64,000 nt of DNA from an uncultured Candidatus Binatia bacterium (lineage in GTDB: Bacteria; Desulfobacterota; Binatia; UBA9968; JAJDTQ01): NCBI GenBank assembly GCA_965213675.1, contig OZ243916.1:2048001-2112000 (forward strand), read 5' to 3'. Positions 19,202-28,839 of this stretch are shown here, piece after piece. The position numbers and the translations under genes were made by a program. The notes under the pieces are model-generated. The model did not search any database and was not told the origin of the DNA. It worked only from the letters and a program-made list of their open reading frames with translations. Every line of letters begins with the position of its first letter. The first letter of the stretch is position 1.

Positions 19202-21178
19202 TCAGGGGTCCGGCGGCCCGTTGTCCGGCGCCGCGGTCAAGAGTTGTACCGCGCGGTCGAGATCGGCGTGGCTTCCCAACAGCACCAGGATGTCGCCGGG
19301 GCGCAGCCGGTGGTTCATGGGTGGGCTCTCCATCGAGACGCCGTCCCGCACCAGCGCCAGGACGCTGGTGCGGCCCTGGAAGTGTTGCTTCAACTCGCCG
19401 ATGGTCATGGACGCGCCCGGCGCCTCCTCCTGCACCAGGAACGTGTCCGCGGTGGCGCCGGTGAGAAACTGGCCGAACCGGGCCAGGCTCTTGCCCTCCA
19501 GGCGCAGCCCGCGCAGCATGCTGTAACCTTCCCGTCGCACCATCTCCACCTGCAAGGTGATGACGTTGCGCGGCACATGGTATTCCTGGAGCACCCGGGC
19601 GAAGATCTCCACCGAGGTCTCGAACTCCTCCGGGATGACCTCGTTGGCGCCAAGCCGCATCAGGTGCGGGATCTCGGCGACGTAGCGCGTCCGCACGACG
19701 ACGTAAAGGTTGGGGTTCAACCGCCGCGCGTGCGCGACGATGCGCGATGTCGCCACCGGGTCGCTGATGGCCACCACCAGGACACGCGCCCGCTCCACTC
19801 CCATTACGCTCAGCACCGCCGGACGCGTGGCGTCGCCGAAGTCGATGTTCTCGCCCTCGGCGCGAGCCCGGCGCGCCGTCTGAGTATTGAGATCCAGGAT
19901 CCTGTGGGGGATGTCTACCTCACGCAGGACACGCGCCAGATTCTGGCCATTGAGTCCATAGCCGACGATCACGACGTGTCCGGCCATGGCGTCCGCCGCC
20001 GGCTCCTGGCGCGTCCCGGCGCCGCCGTGCAGCGCGAGCCCCAACCGGCTCCCGGCAAGGATCAGCAGCGGCGTCGCCAGCATGCTGAGGATCACGACCG
20101 CCAGGAACATCTGTTCCTGGGCCGGTGAAAGGAGCGCGAACTCGCCGCCCATGCGCGCCAGGATGAGCGAGAACTCGCCCACCTGGGCGAGTGCCAGCCC
20201 CAGCAGCAGGCCGAGACGGAACGACCGCTGCATGGTCGCGAAGATGGCGGTGATGAGTCCGCCCTTGATGAGCACCAGCAACAGCAAGGCGCCGGCGATG
20301 GCGGCGAACTCCTCGCTCACGAAATGGAAATCCACCTGCATGCCGATGGCGATGAAGAAGATGCCGGCGAACGTGTCGCGCAGCGGGTGGATGTCGGCGA
20401 TCACTTGATGGCTGTATTCCGAGTCGGAGATCAGGAGACCGGCGACGAACGCGCCCAGCGCCAGGGAAATGCCGGTCTGAAACGCCGCCCACGCGGTGCC
20501 GAGACAGATGAGCAGTACGAACAGGACGAACACTTCCTGGTTCCGCAGGCGCGCCACCTGATGCAGGAACCACGGCACGACGAAGCGCGACGCGGTGAAG
20601 ATCACGAATACCGCGAGAATCGCCTTTCCCAGCGTGAAGGCCACCACCTGGAAGGACAACGCCTCGGTTTCCCCGAGCACCGGCACCGACAGCATCATGG
20701 GCACGGCGATGATGTCCTGCAACAGCAGTGTCCCCACGACGAGCCGGCCGTGCAGGGCCGCCAACTCGTCGCGGTCGCTCAGGATCTTGAGCACGATGGC
20801 GGTGCTGCTGAGGGACGCCAGCATGCCGAAGAAGAAACTGATGCGCACCGGAAAGCCGAGATGGACGCCCACCGCGGTCACGGCCAGGGCCGTGAGGGCC
20901 ACCTGCAGCAGGCCGCCCGTAATGATCTGCCCCCTCACGGCCATGAACCGTTCGAAGGAGAACTCCAGCCCGATGGAAAAGAGCAGCAGCACAACGCCGA
21001 TCTCGGCCAGAAGCTCGAGCTCGGCCCCATGGCCGATGACCTCGAGGCCGTGGGGGCCCATGACCACCCCCACCGCGAGATAGCCGATGACCGCCGGGAC
21101 CCTCAGCTTGTGAAACACCGAGACCGTGGCCACCGTGACGGCGAGGACGGTCACCAGGCTGGTAAGTACGTGTGGCAT
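19202..21178 (-). CDS. CPA2/Kef-type cation:proton antiporter with TrkA-N and TrkA-C domains
   Basis: LAEIGVVLLLFSIGLEF, LSSTAIVLK, LAQVGEFS, IVGYGLNG, FGDAT. Confidence 0.93.
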   Translation of the reverse strand: MPHVLTSLVTVLAVTVATVSVFHKLRVPAVIGYLAVGVVMGPHGLEVIGHGAELELLAEIGVVLLLFSIGLEFSFERFMAVRGQIITGGLLQVALTALAVTAVGVHLGFPVRISFFFGMLASLSSTAIVLKILSDRDELAALHGRLVVGTLLLQDIIAVPMMLSVPVLGETEALSFQVVAFTLGKAILAVFVIFTASRFVVPWFLHQVARLRNQEVFVLFVLLICLGTAWAAFQTGISLALGAFVAGLLISDSEYSHQVIADIHPLRDTFAGIFFIAIGMQVDFHFVSEEFAAIAGALLLLVLIKGGLITAIFATMQRSFRLGLLLGLALAQVGEFSLILARMGGEFALLSPAQEQMFLAVVILSMLATPLLILAGSRLGLALHGGAGTRQEPAADAMAGHVVIVGYGLNGQNLARVLREVDIPHRILDLNTQTARRARAEGENIDFGDATRPAVLSVMGVERARVLVVAISDPVATSRIVAHARRLNPNLYVVVRTRYVAEIPHLMRLGANEVIPEEFETSVEIFARVLQEYHVPRNVITLQVEMVRREGYSMLRGLRLEGKSLARFGQFLTGATADTFLVQEEAPGASMTIGELKQHFQGRTSVLALVRDGVSMESPPMNHRLRPGDILVLLGSHADLDRAVQLLTAAPDNGPPDP

Positions 21179-21328
21179 GATGATATGGGCTGCGTCGCGC
21201 GATCTTGGAACAATATGTGCAGGATTTCCTGTCTCCGGCAAGGTACAGCGGTCGCGGGGTGTTGAATTGTCGCGGGGGTTCCATGATGATGAAGCGGCAG
21301 CCTTTCAGAGCGCGGCAACGAGGAGACC

Positions 21329-22108
21329 ATGAGCGAAGCAAACAGAGTCATGGGCATTGATATCGGCGGCACCGGGGTCAAGGCGGCCGTGGTGGACACC
21401 GGGAGCGGAACGCTGGCGACGGAGCGCGTGCGCCAGCCCACGCCGAAACCGGCGACTCCGGCGGCGGTCATGAAGACCATCAAGGAGTTGCAGCGGCAAC
21501 TGCAATGGCGCGGCGCCGTGGGTTGCGGTTTCCCTGGCCTGGTGAAGAGCGGCCGGGTGCAGCGCGCGCCCAACCTCGACCCATCCTGGATCGGCTACGA
21601 CCTGACCGGCCGGCTCGAGGCGGAGTTGAACGCCCCGAGCGTGGCCATCGGCAACGACGCCGACGCCGCCGGCTTGGCGGAGTTCGAATTCGGGGCGGGC
21701 AAGGGCGTGTCCGGCACCGTGCTGGTGCTCACCCTGGGAACCGGCATCGGCTCCGCCGTGTTCCGTGACGGCGTACTGTTACCGGACACCGAGCTGGGCC
21801 ATCTCGAGATGCGCGGCAAGATCGCCGAGAAACGGGCGGCCGCGAACGTCCGCGAGAGCAAGCGCCTGAGCTGGAAGAAATGGGGCAAGCGGCTCAACGA
21901 CTATCTGGTTCACGTCGAGTACCTGCTGGGAGTCGATCTGTTCATCATCGGGGGCGGAGTCAGCAAGCGGCCCGAAAGGTTCTTCCCTTACCTCACCGGC
22001 GTGGGCTGCCGGGTGGAAGCCGCCCGCCTCGGCAACGGGGCCGGCATCATCGGCGCCGCGCTGTTCCCGTCGCGCCGCGCAACGCAGCCCCAGGAGCTTG
22101 CGCCGTAG
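21329..22108 (+). CDS. ppgK: ROK-family polyphosphate glucokinase
   Basis: GIDIGGTGVK, NDADAAGLAE, TLGTGIGSA, TELGHLE, IGGGVSK. Confidence 0.85.
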   Translation: MSEANRVMGIDIGGTGVKAAVVDTGSGTLATERVRQPTPKPATPAAVMKTIKELQRQLQWRGAVGCGFPGLVKSGRVQRAPNLDPSWIGYDLTGRLEAELNAPSVAIGNDADAAGLAEFEFGAGKGVSGTVLVLTLGTGIGSAVFRDGVLLPDTELGHLEMRGKIAEKRAAANVRESKRLSWKKWGKRLNDYLVHVEYLLGVDLFIIGGGVSKRPERFFPYLTGVGCRVEAARLGNGAGIIGAALFPSRRATQPQELAP

Positions 22109-22131
22109 GACCGGCGTCCTTCGACTCCGCA

Positions 22132-23679
22132 CTACGACGGGCGCAGCCAAGGCAGCAGCAAAGCGTACGGCGGCTCGGTTGCGCGCAGGCTGCGCTGGAA
22201 CTTGACGAACAGCCCCCGGACCCGGGCGCACTCCCGGTCCCTTTCCGCGCGCATGCGCGACACCAGCGCGTCGACCGCCGGCAATGCCGCATCCGCCCCC
22301 GTCTCGGACAAGGCCCGGGCGAAATCCTGTGTCCGGGACTCGTGAACGGTCAGGTCCTGAATTCTCCCGAGCGCGTCCTGCAACTTCTTGAGGCGCTGCG
22401 TCACGTCCCGGACCTCGGGAGACAACTCCGCAAGAATCTCCGTAAGGTAGCGGAGCTGCTTGCACTCGATGCGCAGCGAATGCAGCGCGTCCGGGGCGGC
22501 GTCATCCGGAATGGCGTAGCCCTGCTCCAGAACCGCCCGGCACTTCCGCGCCACGCGCGCGCCCACCACCCGCGTGAGGGGCTTCGAGCCATGCCGCCCC
22601 GGGCGCAGCCCACTCTCCTCATCCTCCACGCACACACGCCAGCGCTCCAGCGCCTTCCGATAAGCGGCCGAGCGTGTCAGGGTCACGACCTCCCGCTGGG
22701 CCGCATCCCGCGCCCGCGCGGCGTGGTCGAACAGCGGCGCGAGGTCCCCGGCCAGGGGATCGCCGAGCAGATTCCGGTATTCCTGCCGGTGTTCCAGATA
22801 AACGTCCAGATCCCTCAAGTCATTGGTGGACCGGGCCAGCCGCGAAAGGCTCTTTCTCAACTCGGCCGCTCGGGCGGGCTCGAAGACATCGCGGAGTTGC
22901 CCGAGAAAGGACCGGGCACGTCGCACGGCCACCCGGAAGTCGTGCAGAAACTCGACGTCCGTATCGTTGCGAATGCCCTCCTCGTTGACGCGCGCCACCC
23001 GGTACTGGGCGCGCAGGACGGCCCGGATCGCATCCGCCGAGGACATGGAGGCGGTGAGCTGGGTCCGGGACAGGGAGGCCGCGGCCAGCGGATCCACCCC
23101 CAGCGCCTTCAGGGCCTCACCGAAGCGGGAGGCCCCCCCACGCTCGACGCCCTGCCGCGCCCACCATTGGCACACTTCGCGAAAGGCATTCCCGTACCCA
23201 CGCACCTGACGAACCTCCACCTGGCGACCGAGCCCCTCGACACACCCGCCGGCCTCCGCGTCCTCTTCACGGAGCGCCACGCGCAGCACCGTCTTCTCGT
23301 CGCGATTCGTCAGCCGCCAGGCGCGAACGTGGCAGCGCACCGAGAACAGCCGCCGCAACGCACGATTCCGGGAGAGTGGCCGCAACGCGTCTTGCAGCGC
23401 ACCGGGAGGAAGCTCGCCGGCAAATGTGGGGGGGTCCGTGACGGCGGCGCGGGCCAGTTCTCCGGGCGGATCGAGGCCTTCGAGGCACAGTTCGCCCTGG
23501 CTGAACCGCAACGCGCGGGAACGGGCGAAGAGGCGTCCGTCAAAGGTGTCGTAGTATTGCGTTTCGAGCCTGGAACCGCGGTCCTCACTCAGGACAAAGG
23601 CCTCGCGAAAATCGCTGAGCATGCGCTGCCCCGCCTCGCCGGCCGGGATAGCGAAGGACCGTTCCAGAGGTTCCTTCAA
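22132..23679 (-). CDS. Degenerate-CYTH + CHAD domain protein (polyphosphate-binding)
   Basis: YYDTFDGRL N-terminal CYTH remnant; CHAD motifs LHDFRVAVRRAR, RDLDV, LHSLRIECKQLRY, LQDALGRIQD; in-frame TTG at 23679 overlaps ParA stop (TTGA). Confidence 0.88.
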   Translation of the reverse strand: MKEPLERSFAIPAGEAGQRMLSDFREAFVLSEDRGSRLETQYYDTFDGRLFARSRALRFSQGELCLEGLDPPGELARAAVTDPPTFAGELPPGALQDALRPLSRNRALRRLFSVRCHVRAWRLTNRDEKTVLRVALREEDAEAGGCVEGLGRQVEVRQVRGYGNAFREVCQWWARQGVERGGASRFGEALKALGVDPLAAASLSRTQLTASMSSADAIRAVLRAQYRVARVNEEGIRNDTDVEFLHDFRVAVRRARSFLGQLRDVFEPARAAELRKSLSRLARSTNDLRDLDVYLEHRQEYRNLLGDPLAGDLAPLFDHAARARDAAQREVVTLTRSAAYRKALERWRVCVEDEESGLRPGRHGSKPLTRVVGARVARKCRAVLEQGYAIPDDAAPDALHSLRIECKQLRYLTEILAELSPEVRDVTQRLKKLQDALGRIQDLTVHESRTQDFARALSETGADAALPAVDALVSRMRAERDRECARVRGLFVKFQRSLRATEPPYALLLPWLRPS

Positions 23680-24464
23680 GAGTCCGGTTCCGAGCCGCGG
23701 CCATTCATGCATTCCGCGACCTGTTGCCACAATTCCCGATAACGCTGGCTCGCCACCGCTCCCGGGGACAGGAACGGGAGGGGCGCGCGGGCAAGCCCCA
23801 TGTTCTCGACATTCACGGTGTAGGGGATCGCCGCCGGCAAGCATTGCGGGAATTGCTCCCGCATGGACTGCATGGTGGCGCGATGCATCTTCTTGCGGGC
23901 TTCCACCATGGAAAAGAAGGTCCACACCTTGGCTTCATCGTATCCCCTGCGCCGGAGGAAGAGGCGCAGGTCCGCATAGGCGCGCACCGCAAGTGTGGTC
24001 GGGACTACGGGAACCAGCAGGAGGTCGGCGACCACGAAAAGGCACTCGGCCAGCACGGTCGCGGTCGCCGGACTGTCCAGGACGATCAGGTCGTACTCGT
24101 CACGGAAGGGATCGAATATCTCTTTCAGCCGGCGCCGGGATCGCTTGACACGCCCCAACAAGGAGGGCAGGTGCCGGTGGGACCAATCCGCAGGCAAGAG
24201 ATCCAGACCTTCGAAGTCGGTTCCCTTGATGTTGCCGGCGATCTTCGTCCCGCCCTTGAGGAGTACCTTGCGGGCGTGCTTGAGCGCCGGTTTGACGCGG
24301 AAGAAGTAGGTCGTCGAACTCTGCGGGTCGAGATCGCAAATCAGCGTCTTGAGACCCGAAACCGCACTTAGATAGGACAGATTGACCGCCGTGGTGGTCT
24401 TGCCGACTCCTCCCTTCAAGTGGTAGAGCGCCAGCACCCTGCCCTGTCCGGACTCCCCCGCCAT
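23676..24464 (-). CDS. ParA/MinD-family ATPase (orphan, no N-terminal HTH)
   Basis: KGGVGKTT deviant Walker A, DLDPQ, IVLDSP, LVPVVPT. Confidence 0.92.
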   Translation of the reverse strand: MAGESGQGRVLALYHLKGGVGKTTTAVNLSYLSAVSGLKTLICDLDPQSSTTYFFRVKPALKHARKVLLKGGTKIAGNIKGTDFEGLDLLPADWSHRHLPSLLGRVKRSRRRLKEIFDPFRDEYDLIVLDSPATATVLAECLFVVADLLLVPVVPTTLAVRAYADLRLFLRRRGYDEAKVWTFFSMVEARKKMHRATMQSMREQFPQCLPAAIPYTVNVENMGLARAPLPFLSPGAVASQRYRELWQQVAECMNGRGSEPDS

Positions 24465-24543
24465 GTTTCAACGTACGCCGAGTCCGTCGCCGCACCCAAC
24501 CTCCAGGAGGCAATTTTCCATCACCCCCCGTCTGGAGTCGGTG

Positions 24544-24924
24544 TCAACTCCGAGGCTTCTTCGGCGGTACGATGGCGTCCTTGCAAGCCTTGGCCACGCG
24601 AAACTTCACCACGCGCCGGGCGGGAATCTTGATGCTCTCGCCGGTGGCGGGATTGCGTCCCATGCGAGCCTTGCGGCTGTCCTTCACCAAGCGGCCGATG
24701 CCCGGCACGATGAAGAGCCCGTTCTTCTTGACCTCTTTGACCGCCAAGGCCGCCAGATTGTCGAGGAAGTCCTTGGCCACCGTCTTGCTGAGATCGCACT
24801 TGGCCGCCAGATCGGTGACGATCTGCGCTTGAGTCATCGTCTTCGCAGTCTTGGCGGCTGCCTTGGTGGCTGTCTTGGCCGCCGTCTTCCGGGCGCCTTT
24901 CGCGGCTGTCTTTGCCTCTGCCAT
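24544..24924 (-). CDS. HU-family DNA-binding protein with Lys/Ala-rich N-terminal tail
   Basis: ARMGRNPATGESIKIPARRVVKFR; GGAGGG before ATG 24924. Confidence 0.93.
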   Translation of the reverse strand: MAEAKTAAKGARKTAAKTATKAAAKTAKTMTQAQIVTDLAAKCDLSKTVAKDFLDNLAALAVKEVKKNGLFIVPGIGRLVKDSRKARMGRNPATGESIKIPARRVVKFRVAKACKDAIVPPKKPRS

Positions 24925-25046
24925 AACCCTCCCTTTCCACGTCCCGGTTGCCCGGGGCATCGGATAAACAAAAACAACTGGTTCAGCAATGGTATTTGGA
25001 TTTCACGAAGTTGTAAAGATGGAATCACGCCATGGCGACAGCCGCG

Positions 25047-26474
25047 TTATACGGCCACACACTCGCGCGCGGCCACACCGTTGGAGATGCCGCGATACGC
25101 GAAGGGCGGCAGGTCCGCGTCGAGGCCCGAATAGTGTCTCATGAGGATCAGGTAACGCTTGACCAACTCGGGGAGGAGAAAATTCCGGCGCACATGCTCC
25201 TGCCCCTGCCGCCCCAGCGCGGCCGCGGCGTCTCCGTCGTCGAGCACCGCCGCCATGCGCGCGGCGATGGCCTCGACATCGAGGGGGTCCACGAGATGAC
25301 CCGTGACCTGGTCGATGATCTGCCGCTGGATGCCGCCCACGCGGGAGCCTATGACCGGCGCCCCTTGCCACAGGGCCTCTGCCACCACCAGCCCGAAGCC
25401 TTCCCGGGTCGACACGTGCACGAACCCTCGCGCGATGCGCATCAAGGCGCCCACCACCCGGTCGTTGTCCTCCACGTTGACCCAGAACCGGACATCCGCG
25501 CGGCCCCCGGCCTGCCGCCGCAACTCGTTCAACACCGCATCTCCCTCCGGGTCGTCCGTGGCGGTGTTGCCGATGAAGATGAGACAGGGCCTCGGCCCCC
25601 GCGGCCGTTCCTCGACCAGGCGCGAGAACGCCTTCAGTATGGTCTCCTGATTCTTGTGGCGGTCGTAGCGGGAGATGGCCGCGAAGATGGGCCGTTCGGG
25701 GTCCACGTTGTCGGCGGTGAACAGCGGTTGGAGAATATCCAGCGCCTGGGTCCGGGTATAGTGCTGGTTCTTTGGCGCCAGGGGATCGATGCACGGCATG
25801 ATCTCGTACACCGGGACCTTGAGCCCCGGCCCCACGAACTCGCGCGTCGTGAAGATGGCGCCGTCGTGCTGATTGATGTACGGCAGCAGAAAGCGCCACA
25901 CCGCCTTGTTGGGCATGGAGGTGTCGATATGGCAACGCCACAGCGTCTTGCCCAAAATCGGCGCGCTCATGATCATGGCCGCAGGTTGCGGGTCGTGCAG
26001 CACAGTGAGATCGGCGTCGATGAACGCGTCGCGGGCGTTCTCCTCGATGGTGTCGAGATAGGCTCCGAAGATGTCATCGAGGGTAATCGGGCCGTCCGCT
26101 CCCTGAAGCAGGTTGTGGAACTTCTTGGTAACCTGGAAGAATGCGTCATTGCCGCGAATGGTGCACCAGCGAGCCGTCAGCCCCAGCGTCCGGGCGAAGG
26201 GAATTGCGCTGCGCAGCATCTCGGCGACACCGCCGCCCACGGACGTGGAGTTGACGTTGACCCACGTGCGTCCCGTCAACGGTTCCGCCAGCCGTTTGAT
26301 TTCATCCATGCGCTCGGCGCCGATGACCGCCTCGTAATCGGACAGATCGAAGGAACCCTCCGGGCGGTGTTCTTCCAGGCCCGCGATCACGTCGTCGCGA
26401 GCGCTGCCGGCGAGAAATCCGGACCCGGACGAAGGATGCTCCGAAGCGCCAGTGGTGTCGCTCAAAAACGTCAA
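25047..26474 (-). CDS. treT: TreT-like trehalose synthase (GT4 glycosyltransferase)
   Basis: VNSTSVGGGVAEML, VTKKFHNLLQG, HDPQP, WRCHID, STREGFGLVVAEALW. Confidence 0.85.
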   Translation of the reverse strand: MTFLSDTTGASEHPSSGSGFLAGSARDDVIAGLEEHRPEGSFDLSDYEAVIGAERMDEIKRLAEPLTGRTWVNVNSTSVGGGVAEMLRSAIPFARTLGLTARWCTIRGNDAFFQVTKKFHNLLQGADGPITLDDIFGAYLDTIEENARDAFIDADLTVLHDPQPAAMIMSAPILGKTLWRCHIDTSMPNKAVWRFLLPYINQHDGAIFTTREFVGPGLKVPVYEIMPCIDPLAPKNQHYTRTQALDILQPLFTADNVDPERPIFAAISRYDRHKNQETILKAFSRLVEERPRGPRPCLIFIGNTATDDPEGDAVLNELRRQAGGRADVRFWVNVEDNDRVVGALMRIARGFVHVSTREGFGLVVAEALWQGAPVIGSRVGGIQRQIIDQVTGHLVDPLDVEAIAARMAAVLDDGDAAAALGRQGQEHVRRNFLLPELVKRYLILMRHYSGLDADLPPFAYRGISNGVAARECVAV

Positions 26475-26645
26475 GGTTCCTACTCCTGTGCTGTAAAATC
26501 GGGCAGAGAATTCGCCGACTCTACAATGAGTTAGGCAATATTGTCAATAGCGCGCGCAGGCCTCGGCCAAGGCGCTTGCCACGGCGCGGGGCTTGGCGTA
26601 TTCTTTGCCGCATCACGCGCGCCGAGCGAGCGCGAACGAGCACTC

Positions 26646-27338
26646 ATGGCAACAAGGAAATCTCATTTTCTGCGAAACGCGATGATTACGGGGGTGCTGA
26701 TCCTGATCCCCGTATTCGTGACGTACCTGCTGATCGCGTTTCTGTTCAACCTGCTCAGCAACGCGGGTACGCCGATCCTGGGCTGGGTCCTGTCGGCCTT
26801 CGATCTGGATGGCCTTCTCTGGCTGACACCGCTGATCCCCTTCATCAACCTGCTCATCGTCCTGTCGATCATCTTTTTCGTCGGACTGTTCGGCACCAAC
26901 ATCGTCGGCCGCCGGATCCTGGCCGCGGTCAACCAACTGGTCATGCGCCTGCCCCTGGTCAGCACGATCTACGGCGCCGTCAAGCAGTTGGTGGAGACGC
27001 TGCACGGCCCACGACGAAGCTTTCAGCGGGTCGTGTTGATCGAATATCCCCGGCGGGGAGCGTGGATGATGGGCCTCGTGGCCACGCGCCGTCCCGACAC
27101 TTTCAACCTCTCCTCCGCCGACACCCTTCTATCCGTCTTCATCCCCACCACGCCGAACCCCACGTCCGGCTTCCTGGTGCTGGTGCCCGAGAACGAGGTG
27201 ATCGATACCGACTACAACGTCGAGGAGGCCTTCAAGTTCATCGTCTCTTCGGGCATCGTCGGCCGGGACTTCGCCCCCCCGAACAGCGCGGAGCTGCCCA
27301 GGGATCTCCCGCTGGCGCCAGCTTCGGACGAATCGTAG
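26646..27338 (+). CDS. DUF502 membrane protein
   Basis: PLVSTIYGAVKQL, VLIEYPRRG, FIPTTPNPTSGF. Confidence 0.92.
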   Translation: MATRKSHFLRNAMITGVLILIPVFVTYLLIAFLFNLLSNAGTPILGWVLSAFDLDGLLWLTPLIPFINLLIVLSIIFFVGLFGTNIVGRRILAAVNQLVMRLPLVSTIYGAVKQLVETLHGPRRSFQRVVLIEYPRRGAWMMGLVATRRPDTFNLSSADTLLSVFIPTTPNPTSGFLVLVPENEVIDTDYNVEEAFKFIVSSGIVGRDFAPPNSAELPRDLPLAPASDES

Positions 27339-27364
27339 CGCGCCCGCCGGTGACCCCGCCGTCC

Positions 27365-28819
27365 TTACACGGAAGGCGGGTCGGCCCGGTCCGTGTGGCC
27401 GCCGGGGTTTGTGAACTGGTCGTTGAGGGACTGGACGTAACCGTTGGCTTCGGCGATCACCTTGGAGAGCTGCCGGCGCGCCGACGGGCTCCAGCCGGAG
27501 GGCCGGGTCAGGAACACGTTGCGCCACGGACTGATGTTCTTGCGAAAAGCCATGCCAAGGGCGTCCAGCACGTCGGTGTCGCGCTCGCCGGCCAGTGAAC
27601 GCCGGAGCGTTCTCAGAACCCTCCCGGCGGCCCATCGGCGCGCGCTATGGTGGACATACCCGGCCACCAGGGCCGCGACTGCCAGGATCCCGTAGGTCCA
27701 CGCCGACGCCCCCGTCAACACCGCCCAGTACTCACTCCACGCGCCCTGCCACACTGCCCAACCCAGCACCGCGGCCAGAATCACGGCGAAGACGATGCCG
27801 TCCAGCCGCCGCACCAGGCGGCGCCAGTCCGTGATCATCTCCTGGAGGCGCGGTATCAGGCTCAGCTCGATGTCGCGCGCGGTCTGTTCGAGAACACCCA
27901 TGATGCGATAGCAGCGGTCCACCCCCACCTGCCGGACGCGTCCGTGGATTTCGTCAAGATCCGCATCCCGCTTCTGCTCGAAACTCGCGCGCAGACCGTC
28001 GTCCTCGATGACCACCGCGGCACTGGGGCTGTAGATATTGTAGAAGCGCCCGGCCGTGAGCCCTTTCTGAGACAGCGCTCGCTGCCACGACCCGACGATA
28101 TCCTCCGGGTTGTTCTCGCGGGCGGCGTGGTCCATCTGGTTCAGGATATAGAGAAACTTGCTCGAATCCGTCCGGTGAATGGTCTCCGCCACCAGGTGCT
28201 CCAAGGTGTCCTGCATGGCGCCGGGCTCGGGATGGCGGGCGTCGAAGAACACCAGCACCAGGTCCGCCAGATCAACGATGCGATCCGTAACCCGCAAGGT
28301 GGCGGTGCGCTGCTGGTCCGCGTCGAAACCCGGCGAGTCGATGAGGATGCGGCCGCGCAACACATCCCCGGGACAGGTCTTGAGTTGGAGGTAGGCATCG
28401 ATGCGGCTCCCCTCCCCCGGGCTGATCTCCTCGATGGCGCGGCTCATCTTGTAGAACGGGAAGCGCGGGTCGGCGTCCAGAGCCACCCCGGGCAACACCC
28501 GCACGTCCGGTTCCGTGCCGAAGCACAACACGGAGAAACGGTCGTCCACCGCCTGATTGCCGGTAACCTGCACCCTTTGGCCAAGAAAGTCGTTGATGAA
28601 GGTGGACTTGCCGGAGGAATAGGTTCCCAGCACTGCCACCAAGGGCCACCAGGGGATGCGCGTGGCATAGGACTCTTCCTCGCCCAGCAGACCCAGCCCG
28701 CGGGCGATGCCGTCCAGCCGGCGAAAACTCTGCACCGCGCCCAGCAACACGGGATTCTCCGCGCGCAGGTGGCCCTCCAGGCTTTGCAGCCGTGCTTCCA
28801 GTTCGGTGGATACCGCCAT
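27365..28819 (-). CDS. Dynamin-superfamily (EHD-like) P-loop NTPase with two C-terminal TM helices
   Basis: LGTYSSGKSTFIN, LIDSPGF, VFFDA, ILNQMD; hydrophobic hairpin near C-terminus; likely start ATG 28819. Confidence 0.85.
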   Translation of the reverse strand: MAVSTELEARLQSLEGHLRAENPVLLGAVQSFRRLDGIARGLGLLGEEESYATRIPWWPLVAVLGTYSSGKSTFINDFLGQRVQVTGNQAVDDRFSVLCFGTEPDVRVLPGVALDADPRFPFYKMSRAIEEISPGEGSRIDAYLQLKTCPGDVLRGRILIDSPGFDADQQRTATLRVTDRIVDLADLVLVFFDARHPEPGAMQDTLEHLVAETIHRTDSSKFLYILNQMDHAARENNPEDIVGSWQRALSQKGLTAGRFYNIYSPSAAVVIEDDGLRASFEQKRDADLDEIHGRVRQVGVDRCYRIMGVLEQTARDIELSLIPRLQEMITDWRRLVRRLDGIVFAVILAAVLGWAVWQGAWSEYWAVLTGASAWTYGILAVAALVAGYVHHSARRWAAGRVLRTLRRSLAGERDTDVLDALGMAFRKNISPWRNVFLTRPSGWSPSARRQLSKVIAEANGYVQSLNDQFTNPGGHTDRADPPSV

Positions 28820-28839
28820 GGCTTCCCTTTCCGGCCCGG

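Noticed and set aside
23676-24464. Plasmid or chromosome partition locus
   Set aside because: No parB, rep or origin-linked genes nearby
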